A DNA stretch of 49,416 nt, taken from NCBI GenBank assembly GCA_016283195.1, contig JAEEML010000004.1, positions 1 to 49,416 on the forward strand. The letters are read 5' to 3'. Below the pieces are notes generated by a model, which did no database searches, was not told where the DNA came from, and saw nothing but the letters and a program-made list of their open reading frames with translations. The number at the start of each line of letters is the position of its first letter. The first letter of the stretch is position 1. Shown here one piece after another: positions 48,471 through 49,416 of this stretch. The position numbers and the translations under genes were made by a program. The stretch comes from Deltaproteobacteria bacterium (GTDB lineage Bacteria; JAEEML01).

Positions 48471-49376
48471 GATGTGTAAGGCTGTTAAAATTCCTCGTTC
48501 ATCTTTTTATTACAACCGGATGTCGACAGCGCATCGGGAAGCCAAGGATAAAGAAGTTCTGGAAGCAGTAATGCAACTTAATCCGTTGGAAATAAAAAAG
48601 GCTGGAGCGAAGCATAAAGCGCAAATTTTGAAGAAACAAGGCAAAGTAGTGAATCATAAGCGGCTAGCCAGAATTTGCAAAGAAGCCTAGAAACCACAAA
48701 CAGGCGACGCAAGTTTCCTAAAAACTATTATCAAATCTTAAAAGAAAACGAGAAAAATCTACCTAAAAACGAATTGAATCGTGATTTTAAGGCTTCTGAA
48801 CCGCTAAAGAAATTATGTACCGATGTTTCATATTTCAAAGTTAAAGAAGGTTGGCTTTATCTGAGTCCGATTTTGGATTTGCATGATCAATCGATAGCGG
48901 TTTATAAAATATCGCCTAATATAGACAGTAAACTCGCATGCGATACGCTCTCAGAGTTAGTTACCAAATACAAATTGCAGGATGCCATGATTCATTCTGA
49001 CCAAGGTGCGATTTACAAAGACAAAACTTACCGCAAATTCTTTAAAAACGCTGAAACAACAAGCGCTTCAGAAAGTAATAATTACGTGCCGACAGATAAG
49101 AAACTACCGGATAAAAATGATAAAAAGTATCAAAAAGCTTTAAAGCAAGCCAAGAAGTGCAATCTCATACAGAGTATGAGCCGCAAGGGTAACTGCTGGG
49201 ATAATGCCTGTATAGAACGATTCTTCGGAAGTATAAAATCGGAAACCGACTACTATGAAACACTTAAAAATGGATTACTTACTTATAAGGAAATGGAAAA
49301 AGTAATTACCGATTACATCGAATATTATAATAAGTTACGAATTCAGAAAAAGCTCAACTGGTTGTCCCCCTGTTGA
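48415..49376 (+). pseudogene. IS3 transposase OrfB (DDE integrase core), frameshifted near 48685
   Basis: MC..VKIPRSSFYY, VNHKR..RI, then a frame change; N.LNRDF....P...LCTDVSY, HSDQG, QSMSRKGNCWDNACIERFF, YIEYYN..R. Confidence 0.82.
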
Positions 49377-49416
49377 ATTTGGAGAAAAACAATGCTACTA
49401 AATGTTGTCCAAAAAA

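Larger units (their letters stand above)
48051..49416 (+). mobile_element. IS3-family insertion sequence, degenerate; right end cut by the window
   Basis: Left IR TGTTCTGACCCCCAAAATTTGGACA at 48051; start of right IR TGTCCAAA at 49406; orfA HTH and orfB integrase core. Confidence 0.9.

Overview
Chromosomal window from a Gram-negative bacterium (BamD, lipoprotein signals, PilQ-like domains). Many Cys-rich surface lipoproteins and an oxygen-sensitive 2-hydroxyacyl-CoA dehydratase/activase pair suggest an anaerobic Myxococcota/deltaproteobacterium-like organism, possibly predatory and host-associated; this is inference, not a database result. Most of 1-35 kb is housekeeping and envelope genes (MATE, DsbA-like, UGPase-like, POT, ruvB, PGDH-like, folP, lon, glgC, bamD, YitJ-like, queC) plus a 2.5k-aa exported TolB-TPR-CHAT (caspase-like) lipoprotein. 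The most interesting part is 35-49 kb. It holds two inverted paralogous cassettes, each built as Cys-rich lipoprotein, then a signal-peptide fibre protein with a conserved N-terminus and a different phage-tail-like tip, then a conserved ~200-bp non-coding element. One cassette has a candidate promoter with an A14 tract between -35 and -10, suggesting phase variation. Also present are a parS-like site, a stand-alone sigma70-region-4-like ORF coupled to tilS, a decayed DUF3990/XRE module with its operator, an Rpn nuclease with a strong internal SD/ATG (candidate intragenic antitoxin), a phased TGACACAC repeat array and a degenerate IS3 element. No rRNA, tRNA or CRISPR array was recognised. All calls come from motif recognition by eye; no searches were run.
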